Origin: an uncultured delta proteobacterium
GTDB taxonomy: Bacteria; Desulfobacterota; Binatia; Binatales; Binataceae
Length of the DNA stretch: 64,000 bases
Reading direction: 5' to 3'
NCBI GenBank assembly: GCA_963774665.1
Contig: CAVZGB010000020.1
Span: 226,797-290,796, forward strand
The notes below the pieces were generated by a model. It was not told the origin of the DNA. It worked only from the letters and a program-made list of their open reading frames with translations, and searched no databases. The translations under genes and the position numbers were made by a program. Shown one piece after another: positions 29,538 through 40,271 of this stretch; within the stretch, counting starts at the first letter, position 1; each line of letters begins with the position of its first letter.

Positions 29538-30764
29538 ATGACCGACAATCGACCTCGGCACGTGTTGGACGGCTACAAGGTCCTCGACTTCACGCAGATC
29601 GTGGCGGGCCCCACCTGCACTTTGATGCTGGCCGAAATGGGCGCCGACGTGATCAAGGTCGAGATGGCGCCAACGGGCGATCCCTCGCGCGGGGCCCAAG
29701 TCCTGATCAACGGCCGCAGCGGCTATTTCGTGCAGCACAATCGCGGCAAGAAAGGCCTTTGCGTCGATCTCAAGACGCCCGAAGGTCTTGCGATAATCAA
29801 GGAGCTGATTCGCCAGACGGACGTAATGGTCGAGAATTTCGCGCCCGGAGTGATCGGCAGACTCGGCCTCGACTACGACTCGGTGAAGATGCTGAATCCG
29901 AAAGTCGTAATGTGTTCGATTTCCGCATTCGGGCAAAACGGGCCTCTCGCCAACGAGCCGGGCTTTGATTACCTCGGCGCGGCGTACGCGGGAATTGTTT
30001 CGATGGGCGGCGAGCCCGAGGGCGCGCCATATGTGATTATGACGGCTATCGGGGACGTGAGTACCGGGGCACATGCGATGGGCGCGATCTGCGCCGCCTT
30101 GCTCTATCGCGAGCGAACCGGACGCGGGCAGTATCTGGATTTGTCGCTGCTCGATACCTATTTCCATTACCACGAGGCAGGAGTCGAGACGCTCAGTCTC
30201 AGCAAAGGCGCGATCAAGCCGACCCGCTCCGGCTTGCACTCCTGGTATGCGGTACCGGCCGGGCTATTCAAGGCCAAGGATCGCTACATAATAATTATCG
30301 CGCCACTCGAACATCAGTTTGCGGGCCTGTGCCGCGCGATGAACCGTCCCGAACTGGCGGACGATCCACGCTTCAAGACGAACGCTGACCGACTGATAAA
30401 TCTGACGCAACTTGTCGCGACGATCGAGGGATGGCTCGACTCGATGCCGAGTGACGACGTTTCGATGGCGGCGATGAAGGAATATCGCGTGCCGCACGCG
30501 CCTGTTCTGTCGCTGGAGGAGGCCGTCAAGCATCCGCACCTCCGTGAGCGGGGAACAGTTCGCACCGTCCATGATCGCATTCTGGGAGACTTCGACGTTC
30601 CCGGTTTCGCGCTTCGCTTCTCGGCGTTTCCACAACGCCTCGAATTGGATGCTCCATTGCTCGGCGAGCACAACGAGGAAGTTCTAACAAATTACCTGGG
30701 ATACGCGCCCGCTCGCGTGAATTCGCTGTACGAGAAAGGAGTTATTCGCAAAGGCCTGGCCTGA
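29538..30764 (+). CDS. Family III CoA-transferase (CaiB/BaiF)
   Basis: VLDFTQIVAGPTCTLMLAEMGADVIKVE N-terminal signature. GGAGAG ribosome-binding site with 6-nt spacing to the ATG at 29538. Confidence 0.85.
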   Translation: MTDNRPRHVLDGYKVLDFTQIVAGPTCTLMLAEMGADVIKVEMAPTGDPSRGAQVLINGRSGYFVQHNRGKKGLCVDLKTPEGLAIIKELIRQTDVMVENFAPGVIGRLGLDYDSVKMLNPKVVMCSISAFGQNGPLANEPGFDYLGAAYAGIVSMGGEPEGAPYVIMTAIGDVSTGAHAMGAICAALLYRERTGRGQYLDLSLLDTYFHYHEAGVETLSLSKGAIKPTRSGLHSWYAVPAGLFKAKDRYIIIIAPLEHQFAGLCRAMNRPELADDPRFKTNADRLINLTQLVATIEGWLDSMPSDDVSMAAMKEYRVPHAPVLSLEEAVKHPHLRERGTVRTVHDRILGDFDVPGFALRFSAFPQRLELDAPLLGEHNEEVLTNYLGYAPARVNSLYEKGVIRKGLA

Positions 30765-30792
30765 AACAGGAAAACCAATCGAGGATGAAATC

Positions 30793-31254
30793 ATGAAAAC
30801 GACTGATGAACTGGTAATCGAGCTTGCTGATCGCGAAGCGATTCGTGAACTGCCCGTACGTTACTGCGATTGCGTCTGGCAAAACGATCTCAAGACTATG
30901 GTCGAGCTTTTCGTCGAGGACGGGATATTTGTGATTAAAGGACGCGAGCGAGAGGCAACGACCAAAGGCCGCGCCGAGCTTCGCAGGATGTACGAGCAGG
31001 CGCTCGGCGAGACCTCGCCGCGTCCCTACATCCACAACCATGTCGTAACTCTCCAGAGCAAGACCAAAGCGACTGGCAGATGTTACGTGGAACTGCGCAG
31101 CGCGGCGCGGGAGATGGAGTGGATTGGAACGGGCTTCTACGACGACGAGTACATGAAAGTCGGCGATCAGTGGAAGTTCGCCTCGCGACGCTTCACGAGT
31201 ATTAGACTTCCGACCCTGTCGCCGGTCAAAACCTCGATTGAGAACCGCGACTAG
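30793..31254 (+). CDS. NTF2-like (SnoaL-like) family protein
   Basis: 153 aa with the SnoaL_4/NTF2 pattern (EAIRELPVRYCDCVWQNDLKTMVELFVEDG...). Confidence 0.6.
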   Translation: MKTTDELVIELADREAIRELPVRYCDCVWQNDLKTMVELFVEDGIFVIKGREREATTKGRAELRRMYEQALGETSPRPYIHNHVVTLQSKTKATGRCYVELRSAAREMEWIGTGFYDDEYMKVGDQWKFASRRFTSIRLPTLSPVKTSIENRD

Positions 31255-31319
31255 GTAGATCGTTTTTACTGCGAGATGAGACGATCGCGCCAAAAGCCTG
31301 ATTCCACCGGCTCTACACA

Positions 31320-32093
31320 ATGAGTTCAGCACCAATTTACGATTTCGCGGGTAAGGTGGTCACTATCACCGGTGGCAGTCGCGGGCTGGGCCATGCGATG
31401 GCGATGGGTTTCGCGCGCGCAGGCGCAAACGTCGCGATCGCGAGCCGCAAGATCGAAGCTTGCGAGAGCACCGTGCAGGAAATCCGCGCGCTCGGCGCCG
31501 ACGGTTCCGCGCACGGCGTGCACGTCGCGATGTGGCGCGACTGCGAACGCCTCGCCGACGAGGTTTACGCGCGATGGGGCCGATGCGAGGTTCTGATTAA
31601 CAACGCCGGCATGTCGCCACTCTATCCGTCACTGGCCGAGCATACTGAAGAGCTCTTCGACAAAGTCGTAGGCGTGAATCTCAAGGGACCATTCCGATTG
31701 TCAGCGCTGTTCGGTTCCCGTATGGCATCCGGCAACGGCGGCGCCATTATCAATGTCTCTTCGACCGCGGCAATTCGTCCTTCCAAAACTACTACGCCTT
31801 ACTCGGCAGCCAAGGCCGGGCTCAACGCGATCACGATTGCGTTCGCGCAGGAATACGGTCCCAAGGTTCGCGTCAACTGCATCATGGCGGGTCCGTTTCT
31901 AACCGACGTCAGCAAGGTCTGGGCGCATACCGAAGAGTTCAAGAATCGCTCGCAGAGCTTTCCGTTGCGACGGGCCGGCGACGCTGATGAAGTCGTCGGC
32001 GCCGCGCTCTACCTCGCGAGCGACGCGGCCAGCTTCACCACCGGCGCAATTCTAACGATAGACGGCGGCGCATCGATACCGACGTCTGAGTAG
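31320..32093 (+). CDS. SDR-family oxidoreductase
   Basis: TGGSRGLG cofactor motif, NNAG, and the S/Y-x3-K catalytic motif. Confidence 0.85.
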   Translation: MSSAPIYDFAGKVVTITGGSRGLGHAMAMGFARAGANVAIASRKIEACESTVQEIRALGADGSAHGVHVAMWRDCERLADEVYARWGRCEVLINNAGMSPLYPSLAEHTEELFDKVVGVNLKGPFRLSALFGSRMASGNGGAIINVSSTAAIRPSKTTTPYSAAKAGLNAITIAFAQEYGPKVRVNCIMAGPFLTDVSKVWAHTEEFKNRSQSFPLRRAGDADEVVGAALYLASDAASFTTGAILTIDGGASIPTSE

Positions 32094-32657
32094 GAATCTC
32101 AAGGTGACACTGATTGGATCCTTGCGGACTGATCCGACTCAGTAAGCAACGAATTCGCCGCTCTCTATAACCTTCACCGGAAGACCCTCGACGTCCCCAC
32201 CATCGAAACGCTCAGCCCGCTCAGCAGCGCGGTAAGCCGTCCCTGATGGAGTATGCGCAGAACATGCCGGCTGAGCGCATACGCACTATCAAGAAACCAA
32301 TGCTGGCCATGGCGGGCCGCCAGACTACGCCGGTGTTCACGCAGATTCACGCTTGATGCCGTTAGCGTTCGCCGTATTCATCTCGATCTCCTGCAGTTGA
32401 AGCGCGCGGCCTTCCGCACCCGCCGTGTAAATGATCATTTAAACCGAAAGCCAGAGAAATGCGTGGATGATTAAGTTGATGGGCTTACTGTCGGCGCGAG
32501 CTGCGTCGCGCGCCGCTTGACCACGATCCGCAATCAAAAGTAGTTAATTGAATGACATCGCATCGAAAAATCCCGTGCCGAGGAAAGTCGGCGCTCGGCT
32601 CGAACAAAAATCCGGACGGATTTCTATTTCTGGCGATCCTCTCTCATCCGCAAAGCC

Positions 32658-33533
32658 TTGTCGATGACGAGTAACCGTAACCGTGCGATCGCCGCGGCGA
32701 TGGGCGCTGCTGCAGCGCTTGGCCTGACAGTCGATGATGCGATCGTGCTCCAGGAGTCGAACAAGCTCGCTGTGCGCCTGGTGCCGTGCGACGTTCTTGC
32801 TCGGGTCGCGGAGGCGCGCATCAAGCGCTGGGCGGAGTTCGAAGTCGAGCTTGCTTTACGGCTCGCGGAAACCGGGAGCCCCGTAGCGGCGCTTGAGCCT
32901 CGGGTCGCGCCGGGCGTCTACGTGAGTGACGGTTTTGTGGTCACGCTGTGGACCTACTACGAACCTGTGCCGTCCCGAGAGTTCGCGCCAGCCGACTACG
33001 CGCGCGCGCTCGAACGGCTGCATGACTGCATGCGGCAGATCGACTTTCCTACACCGCACTTTACCGATCGAATCACCGACGCCCAACGGCTTATCGGAAG
33101 CCGCGACCAGACTCCAGAGCTCGTTGACGCGGACCGTGAGCTTCTCAGCAACACGTTACGAAGTCTGCGGCAGGCTATCAGCGCTCGCGGGCGCCCCGAA
33201 CAACTCCTGCACGGCGAGCCACACCCGGGCAACGTGCTCAGGACGAAGAAGGGCCTGCTGTTCATAGACCTCGAGACCTGTTGCCGCGGGCCCGTCGAGT
33301 TCGATCTCGCCTACGTGCCCGAAGAGGTGAGCGTGCTCTACCGGAGCACCGATCAACAGCTGCTCCGCGAATGCCGGGTCCTGATGCTTGCGATGGTCGC
33401 AGCATGGCGCTGGGATCGAAACGACCAATTCCCCAACGGGCGGCAAGCAGCGCGAGAATTCCTCAGCGAGCTCCGGGCGGCACTGTCGGGCGCACCCTTC
33501 TCGACGCACTTGCCGCGCTGGACTGACACCTGA
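32658..33533 (+). CDS. Phosphotransferase-family (APH-like) kinase
   Basis: Brenner motif LHGEPHPGNVL and the FIDLE metal-binding motif. Confidence 0.75.
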   Translation: MSMTSNRNRAIAAAMGAAAALGLTVDDAIVLQESNKLAVRLVPCDVLARVAEARIKRWAEFEVELALRLAETGSPVAALEPRVAPGVYVSDGFVVTLWTYYEPVPSREFAPADYARALERLHDCMRQIDFPTPHFTDRITDAQRLIGSRDQTPELVDADRELLSNTLRSLRQAISARGRPEQLLHGEPHPGNVLRTKKGLLFIDLETCCRGPVEFDLAYVPEEVSVLYRSTDQQLLRECRVLMLAMVAAWRWDRNDQFPNGRQAAREFLSELRAALSGAPFSTHLPRWTDT

Positions 33534-33560
33534 ATCGCTGGCGGATGATAAAAATTGGAG

Positions 33561-33770
33561 CTAGCTCGTCGAGCTCTTTGCCCCACTAACTAAATGACGT
33601 CCATCTTTTCCCGCCAGCTCGCGCTTGGACTCCGCCATTAGGTGAGTGTAAGTGTCGGCAGTTAGCTGGATTGTCGAGTGCCCAAGCATCTCCGAAATCA
33701 TTCCCAATTGAACATCTTGTACCAGCAACAAAGGCGCGTGAAAACGGGCTAAACCGAAAGCCATTGGCAA
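33561..33770 (-). pseudogene. C-terminal remnant of a tyrosine recombinase/integrase
   Basis: RFHAPLLLVQDVQLGMISEMLGHSTIQLTADTYTHLMAESKRE matches the integrase C-terminus (..RHTFA....LLGHssi.mT..YtHl). No catalytic core or N-terminal domain is present. Confidence 0.5.
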
Positions 33771-33847
33771 ATGCAACACGCGTTTGTCATTCTCAGCGTC
33801 CTGTCGCAAAATTAACCGATCGTTCAGGATAACGAAGCTGAAACAAG

Positions 33848-34687
33848 ATGGGTCAGGCGATGCGAAACGATATCGATCAGATTGTTGCTGAAGTTGAAGA
33901 AAGCGGCGTATGCATCGTGCCAAATTTTATTTCCGCGGTTCTCCTCGGTCGCATCCGCGACGACCTCGACCGCCTGAACGATCTGGAACGCCAGCACGGC
34001 GTCGCATTTCTCGAATCCGATGGCGCGAACCAGCGCGTCTTCAACCTGGTCAACAAAGGCGAGGTCTTCGAGGAAATTGTCCAGCATCCCGACGTGATGG
34101 TGGTAATGGACAAACTGCTCGGCGGCGATTTCATCCTGTCGGGATTTTCCTCGAACACGACCGGCCCGGGCGGCGAGGAGATGACCCTGCATTCCGACTC
34201 CGGTTACGTGCCGCCGCCTCATCCCGAGTATCTGTTGTCGGCGAATGCGGTCTGGATGATCGACGATTTCACCGAAGAGAACGGTGGCACCCGCTACGTT
34301 CCAGGTTCGCACAAGCTGCGCACGGTTCCGGATTCGCGACGAAACTACGAGACGGTGCCAATCATCGGCAAGGCCGGATCAGTCGCGTTCCTGCACGGAT
34401 ACACCTGGCATAAGACGGGCAGCAACAATTCTCGCGACGGTCAGCGACGCGCGCTGTTCGCATACTATGTGCGTCCGTTCCTGCGCGTGCAGGAAAATCA
34501 TATCGTCTCGGTGCGCGAGGAGGTTTGGCATCGCGCCTCTCCAACTCTGCGCCACCTGCTCGGCGGCGATCTGTGGTTGAACTCCATCGGTTTCTTCGAT
34601 GGACCGCCAAAGGCATATCGCGAGGCCGCGTTCCCGCGCCGCTCGGGCCTGGGCACACCGCCAAAGCCGCAGTCGCAAAACAAGTAG
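33848..34687 (+). CDS. Phytanoyl-CoA dioxygenase (PhyH) family Fe(II)/2-oxoglutarate oxygenase
   Basis: HSDSGY facial-triad His/Asp, a later HGYTWHKTG, and a PhyH-like N-terminus. Confidence 0.85.
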   Translation: MGQAMRNDIDQIVAEVEESGVCIVPNFISAVLLGRIRDDLDRLNDLERQHGVAFLESDGANQRVFNLVNKGEVFEEIVQHPDVMVVMDKLLGGDFILSGFSSNTTGPGGEEMTLHSDSGYVPPPHPEYLLSANAVWMIDDFTEENGGTRYVPGSHKLRTVPDSRRNYETVPIIGKAGSVAFLHGYTWHKTGSNNSRDGQRRALFAYYVRPFLRVQENHIVSVREEVWHRASPTLRHLLGGDLWLNSIGFFDGPPKAYREAAFPRRSGLGTPPKPQSQNK

Positions 34688-35021
34688 CTACGATCGCGAG
34701 ATCACCTTCTCCTGAAACTTTTCCAGTCGCTGCGTGATGACCGCCGGATTCGTTCCCGTCGGATTTATTACCATCCGCGGCACACCCAGATCCGCAAGCG
34801 GCGGTCGAGATTGACAGGTCAGGCGGCGACGAAGACCTCGCGTGCGTGGTTGGTATCGCGCGCCAGCAGCATCGCCTCGGCGCGCCCGATGCCTCGGCCG
34901 GCGCTGACCATCGCGCGCGGGGTTTGACATCCTTGCCAGGATATTCGGTATCATTGTTGCCGGCCAATTAAACGATCGGTCAGGACCAAAGACTGAAGCC
35001 TGTGCGACGGAGATTCGCCCG

Positions 35022-36149
35022 ATGCCATCGAAAGATATCGTTGTCGACGCTGACGGACACATCCTCGAGCCGCCCGACCTGTGGGAAAAATATCTCGAAG
35101 CAAAGTATCAGCCGCATTCAATCAAGGTGGTGAAAAACGAGAAGGGCCTCGAATGCCTGCAATATGACGGCAAACTCTCGCAGATGGCGCAGCCCGGGTT
35201 CCTCGCCGCACTCGGGGGGATGGGCAAGGAGCAGGATCAACTGCGCCCCGACGCGGAGCGAACCTACGTCGGGAGCGCGCCGTTCGGCTCGATGGATGCG
35301 AGCGAGCGCGTCGAGCTGCTCGATCGCGAGAACCTCGCCAAGGCGGTGCTCTATCCGACCCTGGGAATTTTGTGGGAGGCCGAAGTCGAGGACGTCGAGC
35401 TCTCGCAGGCCTACTGCCGCGCTTACAATCGCTGGATCGCCGACTTCTGCCGGCCCTACAGCGATCGCCTGATCCCGATCGCGCATTTGTCGCTCGGCGA
35501 TCCTCAGGCTGCCGCCGCGGAACTCGAACGCGCCGTCAAAGACGGCTGCCGCGGCGCGTTCGTCGCGCCGTTCACGATCACGCACAAGCCGCACGGCCAT
35601 CCCGATCACGATCCGGTTTTCGCGATGGCTGAGAAACTCGACGTGCCGTTCGCGATTCATCCGACCTTCGAACCCAAGGGGCTCAATCGCGCGCGCTTTC
35701 ACGGGATGGAGCGGATGCCGCTGCTGGGCGTGATTGCGTCGCAGATTCTGCAGCAGCCGCTCTCGACATTTTTCCAGTTCGGCGTCTTCGACAAGTTTCC
35801 CAAGCTGCGGGTGGTGATCCTCGAATCCGGTTCCTCTTGGCTCGGGTTCTGGATGGATCGCATGGATGAGGGCTACGAAACCTGGATCGGCGGCACGCTG
35901 CCGCTGAAAAAAAAGCCGAGCGAGTACGTGCGCAAGCAGGTATGGATCTCCGGCGACCCCGACGAGCAGGCCACCGCTTACGTGATCGATTACGTGGGAC
36001 GTGATCGCTTCTTCTGGGCCAGCGACTTTCCGCATCCGGACCACGGCGGCAAATACCTCGACGCGCTCGAAAGGATGGTCGCACCGATGGGACCGGAGGC
36101 GCGCCGCGGCATCGTCGGCAAAAACGTCATCGACTGTTACAGACTGTAG
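35022..36149 (+). CDS. Amidohydrolase-2 family metal-dependent hydrolase (paralogue 1)
   Basis: Amidohydro_2/ACMSD-like pattern VVDADGHILEP...HPDHG...WASDFPHPDHG. Confidence 0.85.
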   Translation: MPSKDIVVDADGHILEPPDLWEKYLEAKYQPHSIKVVKNEKGLECLQYDGKLSQMAQPGFLAALGGMGKEQDQLRPDAERTYVGSAPFGSMDASERVELLDRENLAKAVLYPTLGILWEAEVEDVELSQAYCRAYNRWIADFCRPYSDRLIPIAHLSLGDPQAAAAELERAVKDGCRGAFVAPFTITHKPHGHPDHDPVFAMAEKLDVPFAIHPTFEPKGLNRARFHGMERMPLLGVIASQILQQPLSTFFQFGVFDKFPKLRVVILESGSSWLGFWMDRMDEGYETWIGGTLPLKKKPSEYVRKQVWISGDPDEQATAYVIDYVGRDRFFWASDFPHPDHGGKYLDALERMVAPMGPEARRGIVGKNVIDCYRL

Positions 36150-36160
36150 GATCAGAAAAG

Positions 36161-37285
36161 ATGCCGGGAAATCAGCTCATCATCGACGCCGACGGGCATA
36201 TCCTCGAGCCGGTCGACATGTGGGACAAATACCTCGAGGAAAAATATCGCGCGCGCGGAATCAAGATTAAGCGCGATGACAAGGGGATGGAGTTCCTCGA
36301 GTACGATGGCAAACCCGCGCAATTGATGCGCAGCGGCGTGCTGCACACGCTTGGCGCGATGGGCCGTAGTGCTCAAGAGATGAAGCCCTCGGCGGAGCGC
36401 ACCTACGTCAACTCCGCGCCGTTCGGATCGATGGACATGAAGGAGCGGCTTAAGCTGCTCGATCAGGACGGCATCGACAAGGCGATTCTCTATCCGACCA
36501 TCGGGCTGTTGTGGGAAGCCGAAGTCGAGGACCCGGAACTCAGTAACGCTTACTGCCGCGCCTACAATCGATGGATCGCGGATTTCTGCCGCGACTCGGG
36601 CGGGCGTCTCATTCCGATCGCGCATCTCTCGATGCTCGATGTTCCCGCCGCCGTCGCCGAGTTGGAGCGCGCGGTCAAGGACGGATGCAAGGGCGCCTTC
36701 GTCGCGCCTTTCAACCACTTGCGCAAGGCGCACGGTCATCCTGACTTCGATCCGCTGTTCGCGAAGTTCCAGGAGCTCGACGTTCCATACGGAATCCATC
36801 CGACCTTCGAGCCGGCGTCGCTCGCGTCGCGCCGCTTCAGCGGGCTGGGCTCCTCGATTTGGTATCATCAGGTGACCGCGTGCTACGGCGCGCAGGTCGC
36901 GTTCACGACGCTGTTCTCATTCGGCGTGTTCGACAAATTTCAGAAGCTCAAAACGGTGGTGCTCGAATCCGGCGGCGGGTGGATCGGTTACTGGGTGGAC
37001 AGGATGGACGCGCTGTACGAGGTCCCGATAAATCGCGCGCCGCTGAAAAATCCGCCGAGTCATTACATCCGCACGCAGAGCTGGATTTCCGCCGATCCGG
37101 ACGAGCGCGCGCTGGCCGGGCTAATCAAATTTGTCGGCGACCGATTCTTCTGGGCGAGCGATTTTCCGCATCAGGATCACGGGCGCGAGTACATGAACGA
37201 GCTGAAGGGGCTGCTGGCCGAGATGCCGGCGGCCTCGGGGGCAAAACTCGCGGGTGAGACAGTCGCTAGTTTGTATAAAATTTGA
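36161..37285 (+). CDS. Amidohydrolase-2 family metal-dependent hydrolase (paralogue 2, tandem)
   Basis: About 55-60% identical to the upstream paralogue, with the same motifs and 11-nt spacing between the two genes. Confidence 0.85.
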   Translation: MPGNQLIIDADGHILEPVDMWDKYLEEKYRARGIKIKRDDKGMEFLEYDGKPAQLMRSGVLHTLGAMGRSAQEMKPSAERTYVNSAPFGSMDMKERLKLLDQDGIDKAILYPTIGLLWEAEVEDPELSNAYCRAYNRWIADFCRDSGGRLIPIAHLSMLDVPAAVAELERAVKDGCKGAFVAPFNHLRKAHGHPDFDPLFAKFQELDVPYGIHPTFEPASLASRRFSGLGSSIWYHQVTACYGAQVAFTTLFSFGVFDKFQKLKTVVLESGGGWIGYWVDRMDALYEVPINRAPLKNPPSHYIRTQSWISADPDERALAGLIKFVGDRFFWASDFPHQDHGREYMNELKGLLAEMPAASGAKLAGETVASLYKI

Positions 37286-37551
37286 TTCGTCAGCTACTAA
37301 GGATGCCTCGCGCGTACTGATCGGAGACGCTGAAGCCGGCATTGCAGGCGCTACTAGCGTGCGCGCGATCGTGGTGAGGACGAGAAGACCTTGCTCGCCC
37401 GCTACGAGACGATCACCCCGATGAAGCGGCCATAGACACGGCAAGAGCTGAAGTAGGGCAGTGGCGTTCTCGCATCGACTGACGCCGCCAACCTCACGGG
37501 CCAGTGCGTGCTACGTCGACGGCGGCGTCGTCGTGCGCGACTGAGCGGTCG

Positions 37552-38802
37552 TCATATGAGCACGGTGTTCGGCGGCAGGCCAACCATCGCGCGGCCTTGC
37601 TGCTCGAGCACAGTGTCGAGATCGTACACCACGTGACTCGACATCGTATTGATGTCGCGAAGCGCGCGCTGGAGCGGATCGTCCAGGGAATGAGCGCTGG
37701 CGCCGGCGGCCTCCGATAGGGTCTGCACCGCCTCGCGCGCGAATTTGACGGCGTAGGCGATACGGCATCGCAGCTCGATGCGCTGTTCGGCCTTTGCGGG
37801 CGCGGCTCTTTCCGCCAGCGCGAAGTTCTCTCTCGCCGCTTGCCGGATCATCGTCTCGGCTGTAGTCGTGAGCACGTGCGCTTTGGCCAGCCGCATCTGG
37901 GCGGCGGGCTTTTCGCCCTGGGTGGTCTCGGTGCCGACGATTACCCGTCGGGAGAGCCGCTCGCGAAACAGGCGGACCGCCTCCCGTGCCGTGCCGACCG
38001 CCGGAATCGCAGCGGCTACGGCCAGAAACGGCAGCATCGGCATCCTGTACACGGGATTCGTATGCAGCTTGCATCCCGGCGCGGTGCCGTCCTGCATCTC
38101 CTTCATGTCGATGGCGCGATGAGCGGGCACGAAGACGTCACGCATCACGATGTCGTTGCTGCCGGTACCGATCATCCCGTCCATGTGCCATGTGTCGACG
38201 ACCACCGCCTGTTCTGCCGGGACGGCGATAAAATACAGATGCGGGCGCGGACCGTTGGGCAGCATGGCCGCCGCGAGAATCCAATCCGCATGCATCACGC
38301 CGGTGCCCCATTTCCACTGGCCCGTCACGCGATAACCGCCAGCAACCTGCGTCATGATTCCAGGTGGGAAGGTAACTCCCGGCGCGATGATGTAGGGGAA
38401 GCCGGCGCCAAAGGTTTCGTCCTGCAGCTCTTTTGAAAAATGGGCGAGCATCCAGTTGTGCTCGACGCAGAACGACGCCACCCATCCGGTTGAGGAGCAT
38501 CCTTCGGCGAGCGGCAGCATCGCGTCGATGAAGGCGTCGACGCCGAACTCGAGTCCGCCGTAAATCTTCGGCACGAAGTGGTAGAAGATTCCGCTCGCGC
38601 GGAGCGCTTCCCAGACCGCGTCGACCGGCCGCCGTAGCCGTTCTGCTTCGCGGCTGTTGGCGGCGAGCAAGGGTTTCAGCGCGACGGTTCGATTGACGAG
38701 CTCGTCGGGTGTGACGGTGGCCAGTTGCTCGCGCGACAGCCAATCGCCGCCCTGCGGCAAACGCCGATCAGCCAGCGGCATCGAAGGACTCTGATCATTC
38801 AC
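37552..38802 (-). CDS. Acyl-CoA dehydrogenase-fold flavin-dependent monooxygenase (HsaA/DszC-like)
   Basis: ACAD N-terminal, middle and C-terminal domain pattern without the ACAD catalytic Glu context; 416 aa. Confidence 0.75.
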   Translation of the reverse strand: MNDQSPSMPLADRRLPQGGDWLSREQLATVTPDELVNRTVALKPLLAANSREAERLRRPVDAVWEALRASGIFYHFVPKIYGGLEFGVDAFIDAMLPLAEGCSSTGWVASFCVEHNWMLAHFSKELQDETFGAGFPYIIAPGVTFPPGIMTQVAGGYRVTGQWKWGTGVMHADWILAAAMLPNGPRPHLYFIAVPAEQAVVVDTWHMDGMIGTGSNDIVMRDVFVPAHRAIDMKEMQDGTAPGCKLHTNPVYRMPMLPFLAVAAAIPAVGTAREAVRLFRERLSRRVIVGTETTQGEKPAAQMRLAKAHVLTTTAETMIRQAARENFALAERAAPAKAEQRIELRCRIAYAVKFAREAVQTLSEAAGASAHSLDDPLQRALRDINTMSSHVVYDLDTVLEQQGRAMVGLPPNTVLI

Positions 38803-38839
38803 TGGTTACACCATCGCGGCGCCCCGCGCCCACGGAAGT

Positions 38840-39706
38840 TCATCTTCCTGCGGCGAGCTTGTCCTGCGTCTTGGTGTCGAAATCGCTAGCGTCGTGCCGT
38901 TCGTGCAACTGGCTCGACGGCTCACCGTAAACGCGGTTGACCATCCGTCCCCGTCTTACTGCCGCCCGCTCCAGGAGTGCGTCAGCCCAACGATGCACGA
39001 TCTTGTAGTCCTGCACGCTCAGGAACTCGCCGGCCCCGTACAGCGCGCCCTTCGCCAGTGCGCCATACCAAGGGAAGATGGCCATATCAGCGATCGTGTA
39101 GGTGCTGCCCGCGATGTACTCACTCTCCGCGAGGCGACGCTCGAGGACGTCGAGTTGTCGCTTCACCTCCATGGCAAACCGATCGATTGCATATTCGATC
39201 TTTTCCGGGGCATACGCATAGAAGTGGCCGAACCCACCGCCCAGATACGGCGCGCTTCCCATCTGCCAGAACAACCATGACAGGCATTCGGCGCGCGCGC
39301 CGGCCTCGGTTGGTAGGAACGCGCCGAACTTTTCGGCGAGATACAGGAGGATCGCGCCGGACTCGAAGACCCTGATCGGCGTAGAACCGCTGCGATCAAC
39401 GAGAGCCGGGATCTTGGAGTTCGGATTTACTGCGACAAAGCCGCTACCGAACTGATCGCCGTTTCCGATGTTGATAAGCCAGGCATCGTACTCCGCGCCG
39501 CTGTGCCCCAGGGCCAAGAGTTCCTCCAACATTATGGTGACTTTCACGCCGTTCGGCGTTCCGAGCGAATAAAGCTGGAGGGGATGGCGGCCCACCGGCA
39601 AATTCTTATCGTGCGTTGGTCCGGCGACAGGACGGTTGATGTTTGCGAACTGTCCGCCGTTCGACTTGTTCCAGGTCCACACTTTCGGAGGAACGTAATC
39701 GCTCAT
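38840..39706 (-). CDS. yghU: Nu-class glutathione S-transferase YghU (GSH-dependent disulfide oxidoreductase)
   Basis: KVWTWNKSNGGQFANINRPVAGPTH...HPLQLYSLGTPNGVKVTIMLEELLALG...EYDAWLI closely matches the E. coli YghU N-terminus as I recall it; 288 aa. Confidence 0.85.
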   Translation of the reverse strand: MSDYVPPKVWTWNKSNGGQFANINRPVAGPTHDKNLPVGRHPLQLYSLGTPNGVKVTIMLEELLALGHSGAEYDAWLINIGNGDQFGSGFVAVNPNSKIPALVDRSGSTPIRVFESGAILLYLAEKFGAFLPTEAGARAECLSWLFWQMGSAPYLGGGFGHFYAYAPEKIEYAIDRFAMEVKRQLDVLERRLAESEYIAGSTYTIADMAIFPWYGALAKGALYGAGEFLSVQDYKIVHRWADALLERAAVRRGRMVNRVYGEPSSQLHERHDASDFDTKTQDKLAAGR

Positions 39707-39779
39707 TTTTCTATACCCACTTCTTTCGCCGGGTGAACAATCGGGATGCGATCACTCCGGACTTTATTGGTTTTGGTTT

Positions 39780-40271
39780 TTACCTCAGCGGCGGCAACAC
39801 GATTGGGTCGGGTAGTTGCGAAGCGGGCCAGGGCCGGTTGTGCTTCGCCGCGATCTCGCCGACGACACGTTCCCAGCGCTCCTTCCCGAAGCTCTTGTAG
39901 GTCTGGAACGGATTGACGTATTCGCGCATGCGGAATGCCTGACCGTTTCTGATGGTGATCAGGGTGAAATAGCGCTGGGTATAGCGGCCGCCGTGTACGG
40001 TATCGCCACCGCCAGACGATTCCACGATGGTAGTATCCGGATCGGTTGTGGGATACACCGCTACTGGCTTTGTGCTGAAGCGCGGAACCACGCTGAGCAG
40101 AAATTCCATAAAACGGCTCACGGCCTCGCACCCGATCAGCGTGACCGGGATCTCGAACGTCGGCCCCTCCCAGATGGCATCCTCATGCACTGCATCGAGC
40201 CAGATTGCGCGCTGTTCTTCCAGGGTGGTGATCTTGCCGCCGAAGGCGTCACCGAGGTTCTTCCGGACCAT
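39780..40271 (-). CDS. SnoaL-like / NTF2-fold protein
   Basis: 163 aa, of a size and composition consistent with an NTF2-fold (SnoaL/ketosteroid-isomerase-like) protein; weak. Confidence 0.45.
   Translation of the reverse strand: MVRKNLGDAFGGKITTLEEQRAIWLDAVHEDAIWEGPTFEIPVTLIGCEAVSRFMEFLLSVVPRFSTKPVAVYPTTDPDTTIVESSGGGDTVHGGRYTQRYFTLITIRNGQAFRMREYVNPFQTYKSFGKERWERVVGEIAAKHNRPWPASQLPDPIVLPPLR

Noticed and set aside
34688-35062. Minus-strand ORF fragments between the PhyH and amidohydrolase genes (possible remnants of a CoA-enzyme gene)
   Set aside because: Only weak, short similarity impressions and no ribosome-binding site. Insufficient to call a pseudogene.
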